A DNA stretch of 64,000 nt from an uncultured beta proteobacterium. GTDB lineage: Bacteria; Pseudomonadota; Gammaproteobacteria; Burkholderiales; SG8-39. The stretch spans positions 170,758-234,757 of the forward strand of contig CAVQUV010000002.1 of the NCBI GenBank assembly GCA_963716855.1, written 5' to 3'. This document shows, one piece after another, positions 49,694 to 59,575 of this stretch (positions are counted from its first letter, which is position 1; the number at the start of each line of letters is the position of its first letter). Under the pieces are notes generated by a model. That model made no database searches. It was given only the letters and a program-made list of their open reading frames with translations, and was not told the DNA's origin. A program made the translations under genes and the position numbers.

Positions 49694-52600
49694 TCACTTG
49701 ACCGCGAAGTCGGCGCGCGTCGGCTTGCCCTTGTCCTTGATGCCCTCGGCCGTGAGCTTCGGGGCGACGATGAACACGCGCTCGGCCGGCACCTTGCCTT
49801 CCGTGACGATCCATTCCTTCGCGACCTGCGCGCGCGCGTTGGCAAGCACGCGGAGGTCCTCGTCGGTGACCTGAGCATTCGTGAGCATCAGGGTCTCCAT
49901 CTCCGGCACCGGCAGGTCCTTGGCGATCCCGATCATGTTGCGCGGCTTCGGGAATTTCTCGTCGCCATATGCGCGGCGCAGGTACTTCTCGTACTCCGCG
50001 CTCTCCACGGTGACGGCGTCGGCCGAGGCGGGCGCCTTGCCTTCGCGCCGTAGATCGTCGAACTTCTGCGCCTTTACCTTGCGCTCTATCGACGTGCGCT
50101 TGAGCCCCTCCCGGTCGACCCCGGGGTCGACACGACCCGCGACGTCGAGCTTCAACCCGGGGCGCTCGGTCAGGGCTTTGGTGAGGTTCTTGAGCTTGCC
50201 GACGTCCTCGCCGTCGAGCGCGGCCGACCCGGGCGCGAACTCGAGGTACGCGAGCTCCTCGCCGCCTCCGAACGCCGCGCCGAGCAGCGCGAAGGGCGCG
50301 GTGACCGCCTTGACGATGAGGTTGCCGATCACCTGGAAGACGATCCCGATGACGCTGAACTGCGGGTCGTCGAGCGAGCCGGAGATCGGCAGGTTCACGT
50401 CGATCACGCCGTTGCGGTCCTTGAGCAGCGCGACCGCGAGCGTGACCGGAAGCTTCGTGGCGGTGGGGCTCTCGACCTTCTCGCCGAAGGTGAGCTGGTC
50501 GAGGTAGATGTTGTTCTCCGCCGCGAGCTTGCGGTTCTCGACGTGGTACTTCACGGTCACCGAGAGCTTGCCGCGCTCGATGCCGTAGCCGGCGTACTTG
50601 ATCGAGTAGGGCGACATCGGCGGCAGCTCGATGTCCTTGGCGCTCGCCTTGATGTCGAGGAAGAGGTCGGCGGCGAGCGCGTTCACGCGCCCGACGATCT
50701 CGACCGGCGCGGCATTGTCGATCTTCGCGCGCAGCTCCACGTCCCCCGCCTTCTCGGGCGTCATCTCGGTCACCGCACCGCCCACGCCGGTCAGGTTCGC
50801 GGTGTAGTTCGGCTTGATGAAGAAGTCGCTGAGGTTGACGTTGCCGCCCTGCAGCGTGATCTTGCCGATGCGGATGTTCGACGGGAGCCCCGCGATGGCG
50901 GGCTGCGCGGCCGGCGGCTTGTCGCCGGCGGCCGGCGCCGCAGGCTTGGGAGCGGGCGCCTCGGGCTTCGCCGCGGGCGCGTCGGCGGGCGCGGGCGCGC
51001 CGGGCGGCCGCGCGAGGTCCTGCAGATTCAACCGTCCTTCCGCCGAGAGGATGATGCGCGCGTAGAAGTCGGCGAGCGCGATCTCGTCGAGCGCGACCTT
51101 CAGCGGCTCGAGGTTGAAGTCGATCGCGCCGAGCGAGAGCGACTTCCACTTCACGAGGTCCTGCGTGGTCGGCTTGTCCACCGAAGCGAAGTCGGTGAGG
51201 CCGAAGTCGCCCTTGTACGATGCCTTGATCGCGCCGCCCGCGGGCATCTCGAACGCGGCCACGCCCTTCGCCGACACGGCGCCCGAGGTGATCGCGAGGT
51301 TGACCTTGTCGTCGATGTAGCGCTGCGCCGGCGTGATGGCGATGGTCCGTGCGTCGACCCGCAGGCTGCCCGACAGCGGGTCGAGCGTGAGCGGGCCGCT
51401 TGCCGCGAGCGTCCCGGTCTTGTCGATCGTGGCCCGGAGGTTGACGGTGCCGCGCTGGCCCTTCGCGGTCGACAGCTTCTCCGCCTTCAGCTGGATCGGC
51501 GCGACGCTGATCCGCAGCGGGTCGCCGATGGCGAGATCCTCGAGCGCGACCGAGCCGCGCTCGAGCGAGAGCTCGCCAAGGTCGATACGCCACGGCTGCG
51601 CAGCCGGTGTGGCCGCCGCCGGCGCGCGTCCCGGCTTTTGCGGGGCTTCGGTCTTGCCGGCGCGCGCGATGCGCTCGACGTTCAGCCTGCCGTCCTTCTC
51701 GCGGCGCAGGGTCGCGGCGGCCTCGCGCACGGCGATCTGCCCGAGGTTCGCGGTCTGCGCGGCGAGATCGGCGCCCGCGCCCTTGACTTCGACCGACGCG
51801 ATGCGGAGGAGGGGCTCCTTCTCCCCCGGCAGGCGGGCCCGGAAGCTCTTCAGCGCGAGCGCGAGGTCGGAGACCTTGAGGTCGTGCTTCTCCATCGCCA
51901 AATCCGAAGCCCACTTGAAGGCGAGACCGAGATCGACCTGGCCGTCCTCGACCTCGAGGTCGGCCGCCTGCTTGACGTAGGGCTGATAGCGCTTGAGCTG
52001 GACGCCGGCGACGTCGACCCGGCCGTCGACGGTCGGCGGGTCGGCGACCACGCCAGCCGCGAGCTTCACCGTTTCGGCGGCATCGGTGCGCACCGACACG
52101 TTCCACTCGGAGCGCTTGCCTTTCCCGCTGTCGATGTCGCGCGCTTCGACTTGCAGCGCCTCGAGGGTCGTCTCGAACGCCGGTGCGGTGGTCTCGTCGG
52201 TAAACCGCACCTTGCCGGACTTGAGCGCGAGGAGGGCAACTTTGAGCGGCACCGCGGCCGCGCCCGTTTCTCTGCGTGCCTCGCGCTGCGATTCCGCGCC
52301 GGCCGCGGCGACCCCGCCGATCCGCTCGAGGTTGATCGCACCGGACTTGTCGCGCCGCACGTGGACGTCCGGCGCCTCGAGCTCGATCGCCTTCAGGTCG
52401 ACGGCCGGCGCGAGCGCATCGACCTCGTTGATCTCGATCCCGAGACGCTGCCAGGCGAGCGTGGGCCGATCCTCGAGGTCGAGCACGTTCACTTGCTTCA
52501 CCGCGGTCGCGCCGCGCACCTTGATTCTCGGCGACTTGCCGTCGGGCTGCTCGAACGCGACGACGAGCCGGGTGTCGAGCAGGGCCGATTTCACCTTGCC

Positions 52601-53362
52601 GCGCAGCTTGAAGGGCAGGTAGTCGACCAGCCGCGTGAGGTCGAAGTCATCGAGGTTGACGTCCACGGTGGTCACGTGGGACTCGTGGAAAGGCTGGGTC
52701 TCGCCTTTCACGCCGAGCGGCGCGCCGTTCACTTTCGCGGCCAGCTCGGGCGCGACCTTCACCTCGACGTCCGCCGGCAGGCTGGAGACGAACGGAATCC
52801 CGATCCGCAGGTCCGCGATCTCGTGCTTCTCCTTCTCCGCGCGGTCGTCGAAGTCGATGCGGCCGTCCAGGAGCTGGATGTTGAAGACGGCGAACTTCGG
52901 CGGCGGGCCCTCGCTCTTCGGCCGCGCGAGCGCCTCGTCGACGAGGTCCTGGAAGTTGTAGGTCCGGTCGGCGTTGCGCACCACGCGGACGTGCGGCTTG
53001 GTGAGCTTCACCTCGTCGATGACCGGCGCGAGCCGGAAGATCGAGGTCCAGGCCGCGTTGACGTACAGCTCTTCGAACGTGACGAACAGCGCGTCGCCCG
53101 AGCGCTCGCGCGCGGCGAAGCCCCGCACCGTGACCGACGGCGCGAAGGGGTTCACGCGCACCGCCTCGACGGTGACCGTCCGGTGCAAGGCCTTGGACAG
53201 CTCCTGCTCGAGCTGCGATTTCACGATCGGCGGGAGGACGAGGAAGCCGATCAGTGCGAAGAGCGCGAGGAGGCCGAGGACCCACCAGAGGATCTTGCGG
53301 GCGCGCGGCGTTGTGGCGAGCCCGGCAACGCGCGTCGCGGCGGAGGACACGGAGGCGTTCAT
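49694..53362 (-). CDS. DUF748 / AsmA-like large envelope protein
   Basis: 1222 aa with an N-terminal anchor (ILWWVLGLLALFALIGFLVLPPIV). It has long beta-rich repeats of the DUF748/AsmA type and a Pro/Ala-rich linker (PAPADAPAAKPEAPAPKPAAPAAGDKPPAAQPA). The family call is from memory of typical N-terminal architecture. Confidence 0.75.
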   Translation of the reverse strand: MNASVSSAATRVAGLATTPRARKILWWVLGLLALFALIGFLVLPPIVKSQLEQELSKALHRTVTVEAVRVNPFAPSVTVRGFAARERSGDALFVTFEELYVNAAWTSIFRLAPVIDEVKLTKPHVRVVRNADRTYNFQDLVDEALARPKSEGPPPKFAVFNIQLLDGRIDFDDRAEKEKHEIADLRIGIPFVSSLPADVEVKVAPELAAKVNGAPLGVKGETQPFHESHVTTVDVNLDDFDLTRLVDYLPFKLRGKVKSALLDTRLVVAFEQPDGKSPRIKVRGATAVKQVNVLDLEDRPTLAWQRLGIEINEVDALAPAVDLKAIELEAPDVHVRRDKSGAINLERIGGVAAAGAESQREARRETGAAAVPLKVALLALKSGKVRFTDETTAPAFETTLEALQVEARDIDSGKGKRSEWNVSVRTDAAETVKLAAGVVADPPTVDGRVDVAGVQLKRYQPYVKQAADLEVEDGQVDLGLAFKWASDLAMEKHDLKVSDLALALKSFRARLPGEKEPLLRIASVEVKGAGADLAAQTANLGQIAVREAAATLRREKDGRLNVERIARAGKTEAPQKPGRAPAAATPAAQPWRIDLGELSLERGSVALEDLAIGDPLRISVAPIQLKAEKLSTAKGQRGTVNLRATIDKTGTLAASGPLTLDPLSGSLRVDARTIAITPAQRYIDDKVNLAITSGAVSAKGVAAFEMPAGGAIKASYKGDFGLTDFASVDKPTTQDLVKWKSLSLGAIDFNLEPLKVALDEIALADFYARIILSAEGRLNLQDLARPPGAPAPADAPAAKPEAPAPKPAAPAAGDKPPAAQPAIAGLPSNIRIGKITLQGGNVNLSDFFIKPNYTANLTGVGGAVTEMTPEKAGDVELRAKIDNAAPVEIVGRVNALAADLFLDIKASAKDIELPPMSPYSIKYAGYGIERGKLSVTVKYHVENRKLAAENNIYLDQLTFGEKVESPTATKLPVTLAVALLKDRNGVIDVNLPISGSLDDPQFSVIGIVFQVIGNLIVKAVTAPFALLGAAFGGGEELAYLEFAPGSAALDGEDVGKLKNLTKALTERPGLKLDVAGRVDPGVDREGLKRTSIERKVKAQKFDDLRREGKAPASADAVTVESAEYEKYLRRAYGDEKFPKPRNMIGIAKDLPVPEMETLMLTNAQVTDEDLRVLANARAQVAKEWIVTEGKVPAERVFIVAPKLTAEGIKDKGKPTRADFAVK

Positions 53363-53432
53363 TTGAGGGCTTCTGGGAAAGCGGGGCTCGATAAGACTAG
53401 CAGGGACTCGACCCGAGCGTCACCGCGCGCGA

Positions 53433-54215
53433 ATGGCGCACCGTGGGCCGTGGCAAGATGATGCGATGAGTTCGCTTCCGCGCGGCACGGACAAGCCGAA
53501 ACAGGGTTTTGCGCCGCGCGTCGTCCCGCTCGGCGACGGGGCGGTGATGGCGGAGCTCGCCGACACGCTGGACCTCGACGCCAATGCGGCGGCGCACCGG
53601 ATCGCCGCCGACGTGCGGCGGAACGCGCCCGAGTGGGTGGTGGACGTCATGCCGGCGCTCGTGACGGTGACGGTGCACTTCGCGGCGGAGACCGCGACCG
53701 ACGCGGCCGCGCACCGGAACGGCGCCACGCGGCTCCTGCTGGAGGCGCTCGAGCGCGAAGGCGGCGAGCCCGCCGCGCCGCCGGGCCGGACGGTGGAAAT
53801 CCCGGTCTGCTATGAGCTGCCGCACGCGCTGGATCTCGCGGAGGTCGCCGCGCTCACGGGACTCTCGGACGCCGCGGTGGTGCGCGCGCACGTCGAGTCC
53901 CGACATCGGGTGCTGATGATCGGCTTCGTTCCAGGCCATCCGTACATCGGCGGGCTCGACGCGCGGCTCGCCGTCCCGCGGCGCGCCAACCCCCGTCCAC
54001 GCATGGAAGCCGGCTCCGTGGCGATCGCCAACGGGCAGACCGCCATCTATCCGTTCGTCACGCCCGGCGGCTGGAACGTCATCGGCCGTACGCCGCTCGC
54101 GCTCTTCGATCCCGGTCGCGAACGGCCGAGCCTGCTCGAGGCGGGCGACGCCGTCGTCTTCGTACCCATCTCGCCTGCCGAATTCGAGCGGCTCGCCGGG
54201 GGCCGCGGGCGATGA
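53433..54215 (+). CDS. pxpB: 5-oxoprolinase subunit B (PxpB, KipI / allophanate hydrolase subunit 1 family)
   Basis: VVPLGDGAVMAEL...VTVTVHF...VEIPVCY...GFVPGHPYIGGLD...IYPFVTPGGWNVIGRTP. An alternative start lies at 53466. Confidence 0.85.
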   Translation: MAHRGPWQDDAMSSLPRGTDKPKQGFAPRVVPLGDGAVMAELADTLDLDANAAAHRIAADVRRNAPEWVVDVMPALVTVTVHFAAETATDAAAHRNGATRLLLEALEREGGEPAAPPGRTVEIPVCYELPHALDLAEVAALTGLSDAAVVRAHVESRHRVLMIGFVPGHPYIGGLDARLAVPRRANPRPRMEAGSVAIANGQTAIYPFVTPGGWNVIGRTPLALFDPGRERPSLLEAGDAVVFVPISPAEFERLAGGRGR

Positions 54216-55243
54216 CCGTAAAGGTGTTGCGGCCCGGGTCCCTCGCGACGCTGCAAGACCTCGGGCGCGGCGGGATGCAGCATCTCGGGATCGTCCCCGG
54301 CGGCGCGATGGACGCCGTGTCGCACCGGATCGCAAATGCGCTCGTCGGCAATCGCGCCGACGCCGCGACGCTCGAGCTCGCGATCTCGGGCCCCGAGCTG
54401 CTCTTCGAGCGCCGCGCGCTCGTCGCGCTGGCGGGCGCGCGGTTCGAGGCCTGGATCGACGGTGCGGTCTTTCCCGATGCGCGCCCGGTGCTGGTTCGCG
54501 CCGGGGCCCGGCTGCGCATCGGGCGAGCGACCGCGGGCGCGTTCGGCTATCTGGCGGTCGCCGGGGGCTTCGACCTGCCCGTCGTGCTCGGCAGCCGCAG
54601 CACCTATCTGCCCGGTGCGTTCGGCGGACTGGAAGGACGGCTTGTGTCTTCCGGCGCGTCGCTTCCGCTCGCAGCGGACGCGGAAGCCATTGCGACGGGG
54701 CGCTTCGCGCGCGCCGTCCGCAAGCGCGAGGAGGTCGCGCTCGCCGGCGGGGCGGCGCGCAGCGTTCGCTGGCTCGCGCCGGCGCTCACCGTGTCTGCCA
54801 CCGATCCGGCGCTCGCTCGTGCCGTCGAGGGCGTCCACGCGGCGCTCTTCGCCGACGCGGCGCGGACCGCGTTCTTCGCCGTGCGCTGGCGCGTCGCGCC
54901 CGACTCCAACCGGATGGGGTACCGGCTTCTCGGACCGAGGCTCGATCTGGTCGCGCCGTCCGAGATCCTGTCGCAGGCCACGTGCCTCGGGACCGTGCAG
55001 GTCCCGGCGAACGGCCAGCCGATCGTGCTCATGTCGGATCACCAGACGACGGGCGGCTACCCTAAGATCGCGGAGGTGATCGCCGCCGATGCGCCGTCGC
55101 TCGCGCAGGTGCCGCCCGGCGGCGCGGTGCGGTTCGTGGCGGTGAAGCTCGACGAGGCGGACGCCGCGCGCGAGGTCCTCGCGCGACGGGTGAGCGAGCT
55201 GGTCGAGCGCATTCTCTGGGAGTTCGGCGATGAAGACGATTGA
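54212..55243 (+). CDS. pxpC: 5-oxoprolinase subunit C (PxpC, KipA / allophanate hydrolase subunit 2 family)
   Basis: 343 aa. VLRPGSLATLQDLGRGGMQHLGIVPGGAMD...SNRMGYRL...HQTTGGYPKIAEVI. The start overlaps the pxpB stop. Confidence 0.88.
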   Translation: MTVKVLRPGSLATLQDLGRGGMQHLGIVPGGAMDAVSHRIANALVGNRADAATLELAISGPELLFERRALVALAGARFEAWIDGAVFPDARPVLVRAGARLRIGRATAGAFGYLAVAGGFDLPVVLGSRSTYLPGAFGGLEGRLVSSGASLPLAADAEAIATGRFARAVRKREEVALAGGAARSVRWLAPALTVSATDPALARAVEGVHAALFADAARTAFFAVRWRVAPDSNRMGYRLLGPRLDLVAPSEILSQATCLGTVQVPANGQPIVLMSDHQTTGGYPKIAEVIAADAPSLAQVPPGGAVRFVAVKLDEADAAREVLARRVSELVERILWEFGDEDD

Positions 55244-55986
55244 TCTCAACTGCGACATGGGCGAGAGCTACGGCGCCTGGAAGATGGGCGACGATCGCGG
55301 GCTCATGCCGCTCATCTCGTCGGCCAACGTCGCATGCGGCTTCCATGCGGGCGATCCATCGACGATCCGCGCAACGGTCCGCCTCGCGGTCGACCACGGG
55401 GTCGCGGTGGGGGCGCACCCGTCGTTGCCCGACCTTCAGGGATTCGGCAGGCGGGCGATGCACATCAGCCCGCAGGAGTGCTACGACCTCGTGCTCTACC
55501 AGTCCGGCGCGGTCGAGGCATTCGCGCGGGCGGCGGGCGCCCGCCTGCATCACGTGAAGATCCACGGGATGCTCTACAACATGGCGGCGAAGGACGCCGG
55601 CCTGGCGGACGCGATCGTGCGTGCGACGCGCGACCTCGGCGGCGGCACGATCCTCTACGCGCTCTCCGGCAGCGCGATGATGGAGGCGGCAGTCGAAGCA
55701 CGGCGTGCGCGCGGTCGGCGAGGTGTTCGGCGATCGCTCCTACCAGGCGGACGGCACGCTCACGCCCCGCGGCCAGCCGGGCGCGATGATCACCGAGGAA
55801 GCCGCGTCGGTCGCGCAGGTGCTGCTGATGGTGGAGCAGGGCAAGGTGCGGTCGCTCTCCGGCGTCGAGGTGCCGGTCGCGCCGGGGACGCTCTGCCTCC
55901 ACGGCGACCAGCCGGGCGCGGTCAGGTTCGCGACGGCGCTGCGGGCCGCCCTCGCCGAACGGAAGATCGAGGTGCGGGCGCCGTAG
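55230..55986 (+). pseudogene. pxpA: 5-oxoprolinase subunit A (PxpA, LamB/YcsF family), +1 shift near nt 55695
   Basis: MKTIDLNCDMGESYGAWKMGDD...ACGFHAGDP...HVKIHGMLYN in frame 3. It continues as HGVRAVGEVFGDRSYQADGTLTPRG...LCLHGDQPGAV in frame 1 (ORF 55705..55986). Confidence 0.85.
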
Positions 55987-56011
55987 CGCCTGCTGCCCGC
56001 CCGGAAACGCG

Positions 56012-56033
56012 AAGGGCCCCGTCGGGGCCCTTT
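56012..56033. terminator. GC-rich hairpin between convergent pxpA and ssrA (candidate bidirectional terminator)
   Basis: AAGGGCCCC-gtc-GGGGCCCTT, a 9-bp perfect stem followed by T. It sits 8 nt from the tmRNA 3' end and 26 nt after the pxpA stop. Confidence 0.55.
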
Positions 56034-56040
56034 GGCGTTG

Positions 56041-56406
56041 TGGTGGAGGCGGCGGGAATCGAACCCGCGTCCGAAAGTCCTCCGCAGTCAGGACTACATG
56101 CTTAGCCTGGTCGTTTGGATCTCGCCTCGCGCCCGCCGACCGGCAGGCTGACGCTCGGCCAGCCGCTTCGACGGATCCACCCGGCCAAGCGGCCAGACCG
56201 GGCGGAGAGGCTGATGTGAATGACGCTGCACCCCTCTCGGGGCCTAGCCCATCAGCAGGCTAGTGCAGCGTCTCGCCGGTGTTAGGCGGCGAGAGCGAAA
56301 CGCTCGTCGTTGGCGTTTGTAGTGTTTCCAGTTGGATTAACGAGGTCGCTGGCCCTCGGCATGCCCTGCGCTGCTTCGAAACCCCCGTCGAGACCAGGTC
56401 GCCCCC
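56041..56406 (-). ncRNA. ssrA: Transfer-messenger RNA (tmRNA, SsrA)
   Basis: The minus strand starts GGGGGCGACCTGGTCTCGACGGGGG. It ends in the tRNA-Ala-like T-arm and acceptor GGACGCGGGTTCGATTCCCGCCGCCTCCACCA. The internal tag ORF GCCAACGACGAGCGTTTCGCTCTCGCCGCCTAA encodes ANDERFALAA-stop (56282-56314). Confidence 0.93.
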
Positions 56407-56464
56407 AATGGACGTGTGCTGCGCACGGATTTCCCGCGGGTCGCAAGCGACCCGCGTACATGCA

Positions 56465-57127
56465 TTATATGGGTGATCCCAGGTGGTTCAAGACTTCGAG
56501 CGGGTGATCGATGACCGCGTCGGCACCCCAGGCGTGCGGGTCGCCGTCCACGCCGAGATAGCCGTACGCGGCCGCGATGACCGGCATGCCCGCGGCGCGC
56601 GCGGCCTGGATGTCCCGCAGATCGTCGCCGACGTAAAGGCAACGGCCCGCCTCGACGCCGATGTGGCGCGCGGCGTGCAGGAGCGGGTCGGGGTGCGGCT
56701 TGGCGCGCGCAGTGGTGTCGCCGCCGACGATGCAGGCCGCGCGGTCGAGCAGGGCGAGGGCTTCGAGCAGCGGTCGCGTGAAGCGTTCGGCCTTGTTGGT
56801 CACCACACCCCAGCGCACCGCGCGCGCGTCGAGGCTCGCGAGAAGCTCCGCCATGCCCGCGAAGAGCTCGGTCTCGACGCAGATGCGCTCCGCGTAGAGG
56901 TCCAGAAACCGCGCCTTCAAGGACTCGTACTCGGCGTGGCCGGGATCGATGCCGAAGCCGACCCGCAGCATCCCGCGGGCGCCGCTCGAGGTGACGGGGC
57001 GCGCCGCGTCGACCGGCACCGGCGGCCGGCGTCGTTCGTCGAGCAGCGCGTTGAGCGCGCCCGCGAGGTCGGGCGCGGTGTCCGCGAGCGTTCCGTCGAG
57101 ATCGAAGAGGACCGCGCGGATCGTCAT
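56465..57127 (-). CDS. gph: Phosphoglycolate phosphatase (HAD superfamily)
   Basis: 220 aa. [21 protein letters not shown] (DxDGT motif), VVTNK and [16 protein letters not shown]. The ATG overlaps the ubiG stop (ATGA). Confidence 0.85.
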   Translation of the reverse strand: MTIRAVLFDLDGTLADTAPDLAGALNALLDERRRPPVPVDAARPVTSSGARGMLRVGFGIDPGHAEYESLKARFLDLYAERICVETELFAGMAELLASLDARAVRWGVVTNKAERFTRPLLEALALLDRAACIVGGDTTARAKPHPDPLLHAARHIGVEAGRCLYVGDDLRDIQAARAAGMPVIAAAYGYLGVDGDPHAWGADAVIDHPLEVLNHLGSPI

Positions 57128-57834
57128 TCCGGCCGGGTCGCGTGAACGATGTAGTTCACGTCGGTGTCGGGGCCGAGCGCATAGACCTTCGTCAGCGGGT
57201 TGTAGGTCATGCCGACGAGTCCGGCGACCTCCAATCCGGGCTCGCGACACCAGCGCGACAGCTCGGAGGGCTTGATGAATCGGGCGTAGTCGTGCGTTCC
57301 CCGGGGGAGCAGGCGCAGCACGTATTCGGCGCCGATGATGGCGAACAGGTAGGACTTCGAGTTGCGGTTGAGGGTCGCGAAGAATAGGTGTCCGCCCGGT
57401 CGCGCCAGCGCTGCACAGGCCCGGACAGTGCTCGCCGGATCCGGCACGTGCTCCAGCACTTCGAGGCAGGTCACGACGTCGTAGCTTCCGGGTTCGCGCG
57501 CCGCGAGGTCTTCCGCGGATACGGCTTCGTACTCGACCGACAGCTGCGACTCGAGGAGATGCAGCCGGGCAACCTTCAGCGGCTTGTCGGCGAGGTCGAT
57601 CCCCTTCACTCGTGCGCCCGCGCGGGCCATGGCTTCGGCCAGGATGCCGCCGCCGCATCCGACGTCGAGGACGCGCTTGCCCGCGAGACGCGCCTTGCCG
57701 TCGATCCAGGCGAGGCGGAGCGGGTTGATCTGGTGGAGCGGCCGGAATTCGCCGTTCGGGTCCCACCAGCGGTGCGCGAGCTCGCTGAATTTCGCGAGCT
57801 CTTGCGGGTCAACGTTCGTCGTCGTTTGGGTCAT
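57124..57834 (-). CDS. ubiG: Ubiquinone biosynthesis O-methyltransferase UbiG
   Basis: 236 aa. [30 protein letters not shown]...[13 protein letters not shown] (SAM motif). Confidence 0.92.
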   Translation of the reverse strand: MTQTTTNVDPQELAKFSELAHRWWDPNGEFRPLHQINPLRLAWIDGKARLAGKRVLDVGCGGGILAEAMARAGARVKGIDLADKPLKVARLHLLESQLSVEYEAVSAEDLAAREPGSYDVVTCLEVLEHVPDPASTVRACAALARPGGHLFFATLNRNSKSYLFAIIGAEYVLRLLPRGTHDYARFIKPSELSRWCREPGLEVAGLVGMTYNPLTKVYALGPDTDVNYIVHATRPE

Positions 57835-57868
57835 CCTGCAACCGCTAGCTTAGCGCGGCAGGGCCTCC

Positions 57869-57899
57869 AAAACAAAAAGCCCCGCCGAAGCGGGGCTTT
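57869..57899 (-). terminator. Rho-independent terminator downstream of ompA copy 1
   Basis: The minus strand reads AAAGCCCCGC-ttcg-GCGGGGCTTTTTGTTTT, a 10-bp stem with a GNRA-like loop and a T-run. Confidence 0.7.
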
Positions 57900-57916
57900 C
57901 TGCTGAAGCGCAGTCG

Positions 57917-58576
57917 TTACTTCTGGCGCGTGCCGACCACCTCGATCTCCACGCGGCGGTTCTTGGCGCGGCCGGCGGCGGTACGGTTGTCCGCGATCGG
58001 CTGGGACTTGCCCTTGCCTTCGGTGTAGATCCGGTTCGGCTCGATGCCCTTGCTGACCAGGTAGGCCTTCACGGCTTCGGCGCGGCGGACCGACAGCTTC
58101 TGGTTGTAGGCGTCACCACCGATCGAGTCCGTGTGACCGATCGCGATGATCACCTCCAGCGCAACGGTCTTCAGCTTGCCGACCAGGTCGTCGAGCTTCG
58201 CCTTGCCTTCGGGCTTCAGGATCGATTTGTCGAAGTCGAAGAAGACGTCAGCCGCGAAGGTGACCTTCTCGGTAACGGGCTTCGGCGGCGGCGGCGGCGC
58301 GGGCTTCGGAGCCGGCGGCGGGGCGACGACGGGCGCGGGCGGGGGCGGCGGCTCGCAGACCTGCTTCGGCAGCAGATCCTTGTCGCACTCGCAGTTCGCG
58401 ATTGCCGGGGTCCAGTAGCCGGTGCGCCAGCAGAGGTTGTACGGGTCCTTGATGATCGCGTTGCGGGTGTCGGTCACGTAACCGGACGTGCCCTTGCCCT
58501 GCTGCGCGAACGCGGGAGCAGCGACCAGGCCGATCACGACGGCGGACGCAGCGATGAGTGTCGTCTGTTTGAACAT
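57917..58576 (-). CDS. ompA: OmpA-family outer-membrane/peptidoglycan-associated protein, copy 1
   Basis: 219 aa. It has a signal peptide, a Cys-containing N-domain (NLCWRTGYWTPAIANCECDKDLLPKQVCE) and a Pro-rich linker. The OmpA_C domain shows FDFDKSILKPEGKAKLD...GHTDSIGGDAYNQKLSVRRAEAV...NRRVEIEV. Confidence 0.88.
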   Translation of the reverse strand: MFKQTTLIAASAVVIGLVAAPAFAQQGKGTSGYVTDTRNAIIKDPYNLCWRTGYWTPAIANCECDKDLLPKQVCEPPPPPAPVVAPPPAPKPAPPPPPKPVTEKVTFAADVFFDFDKSILKPEGKAKLDDLVGKLKTVALEVIIAIGHTDSIGGDAYNQKLSVRRAEAVKAYLVSKGIEPNRIYTEGKGKSQPIADNRTAAGRAKNRRVEIEVVGTRQK

Positions 58577-58751
58577 TCGTTCCCCTTCCAGATGAAATCG
58601 AGCCTTGTTTTTCGCTGCCGGCCTTCACGCGGCGTGCCGGCGCTCAATCGGCACCGTACAGCGTGGAACTATGCCACAAACCGCGAAAGTCAACACGCCG
58701 GTGTGGCGTCGACGCGACACCGGGTTGATTCTGGATCGCGGGCGGTCGGCC

Positions 58752-58784
58752 GGGAAAAGAAAGAGCCCCGCCGCGGCGGGGCTC
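58752..58784 (-). terminator. Rho-independent terminator downstream of ompA copy 2
   Basis: The minus strand reads GAGCCCCGCC-gc-GGCGGGGCTC followed by TTTCTTTTCCC. Confidence 0.65.
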
Positions 58785-58806
58785 TCGATGACGCAGGAGG
58801 GCGGGG

Positions 58807-59502
58807 TTACTGGGTCCGCGTGCCCACGACTTCCACCTCGACACGCCGGTTGGGCGCGAGGCACTGGATCAGCTCCTGCTGATTCCTCACCTCGGACTTC
58901 GGCCCCGGGGCCGGGCACTGCTTCACCGGCTGCGTCTTGCCCTTGCCCTCGGTGTAGATCCGGTTCGGCTCGATGCCCTTGCTGACCAGGTACGCCTTCA
59001 CGGCTTCGGCGCGTCGGACCGACAGCTTTTGGTTGTACGCATCGCCGCCGATGCGGTCGGTGTGGCCGATTGCGATGATCACCTCGAGGGCGACCCCCTT
59101 CACCTTGCTGACCAGATCGTCGAGCTTGGCCTTGCCTTCAGGCTTGAGGACCGCTTTGTCGAAGTCAAACAGCAGGTCGGCCGCGAAGGTGACCTTCTGG
59201 GTCGTGGGCTTGGGCGCGGGCTTGGCGGCCGGAGGCGGCGGCGGCGGAGCGGCCGCGGGGGCCGGCGGGGGCGGCGGCTCGCAGACCTGCTTCGGGAGCA
59301 GATCCTTGTCGCATTCGCAGTTGGCGATCGCCGGGGTCCAGTAGCCGGTGCGCCAGCAGAGGTTGTACGGGTCCTTGACGATCGCGTTGCGGGTGTCGGT
59401 CACGTAACCCGACGTGCCCTTGCCCTGCTGCGCGAACGCGGGAGCAGCGACCAGGCCGAGCGCGACCAGCGACCCGGCGAGAAGCGCAAGTGGTTTGAAC
59501 AT
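58807..59502 (-). CDS. ompA: OmpA-family outer-membrane/peptidoglycan-associated protein, copy 2 (tandem paralog)
   Basis: 231 aa starting MFKPLALLAGSLVALGLVAAPAFAQQ (C-terminal part of ORF 58807..60549). It has the same architecture as copy 1, with an extra Cys-flanked insert QCPAPGPKSEVRNQQELIQC near the C-terminus. Confidence 0.88.
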   Translation of the reverse strand: MFKPLALLAGSLVALGLVAAPAFAQQGKGTSGYVTDTRNAIVKDPYNLCWRTGYWTPAIANCECDKDLLPKQVCEPPPPPAPAAAPPPPPPAAKPAPKPTTQKVTFAADLLFDFDKAVLKPEGKAKLDDLVSKVKGVALEVIIAIGHTDRIGGDAYNQKLSVRRAEAVKAYLVSKGIEPNRIYTEGKGKTQPVKQCPAPGPKSEVRNQQELIQCLAPNRRVEVEVVGTRTQ

Positions 59503-59575
59503 CGAATCCCCTTTCCTGAGAATTGGCGCTCGCCGCAAGACGAGTCGTCCCTGAGACCGCAATGAGTCAAGCTTC

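Noticed and set aside
55230-56105. A 291-aa version of pxpA extending to 56105, and the small ORFs 56279..56476 and 56310..56507.
   Set aside because: The extension after the frameshift is out-of-frame sequence that runs into the antisense strand of the tmRNA gene. The small ORFs lie entirely within ssrA.
55987-56464. A genomic island integrated at the tmRNA gene.
   Set aside because: No integrase, direct repeat of the ssrA 3' end, or compositional shift flanks ssrA. The neighbours are ordinary core genes (pxpA and gph), each within about 55-60 nt.
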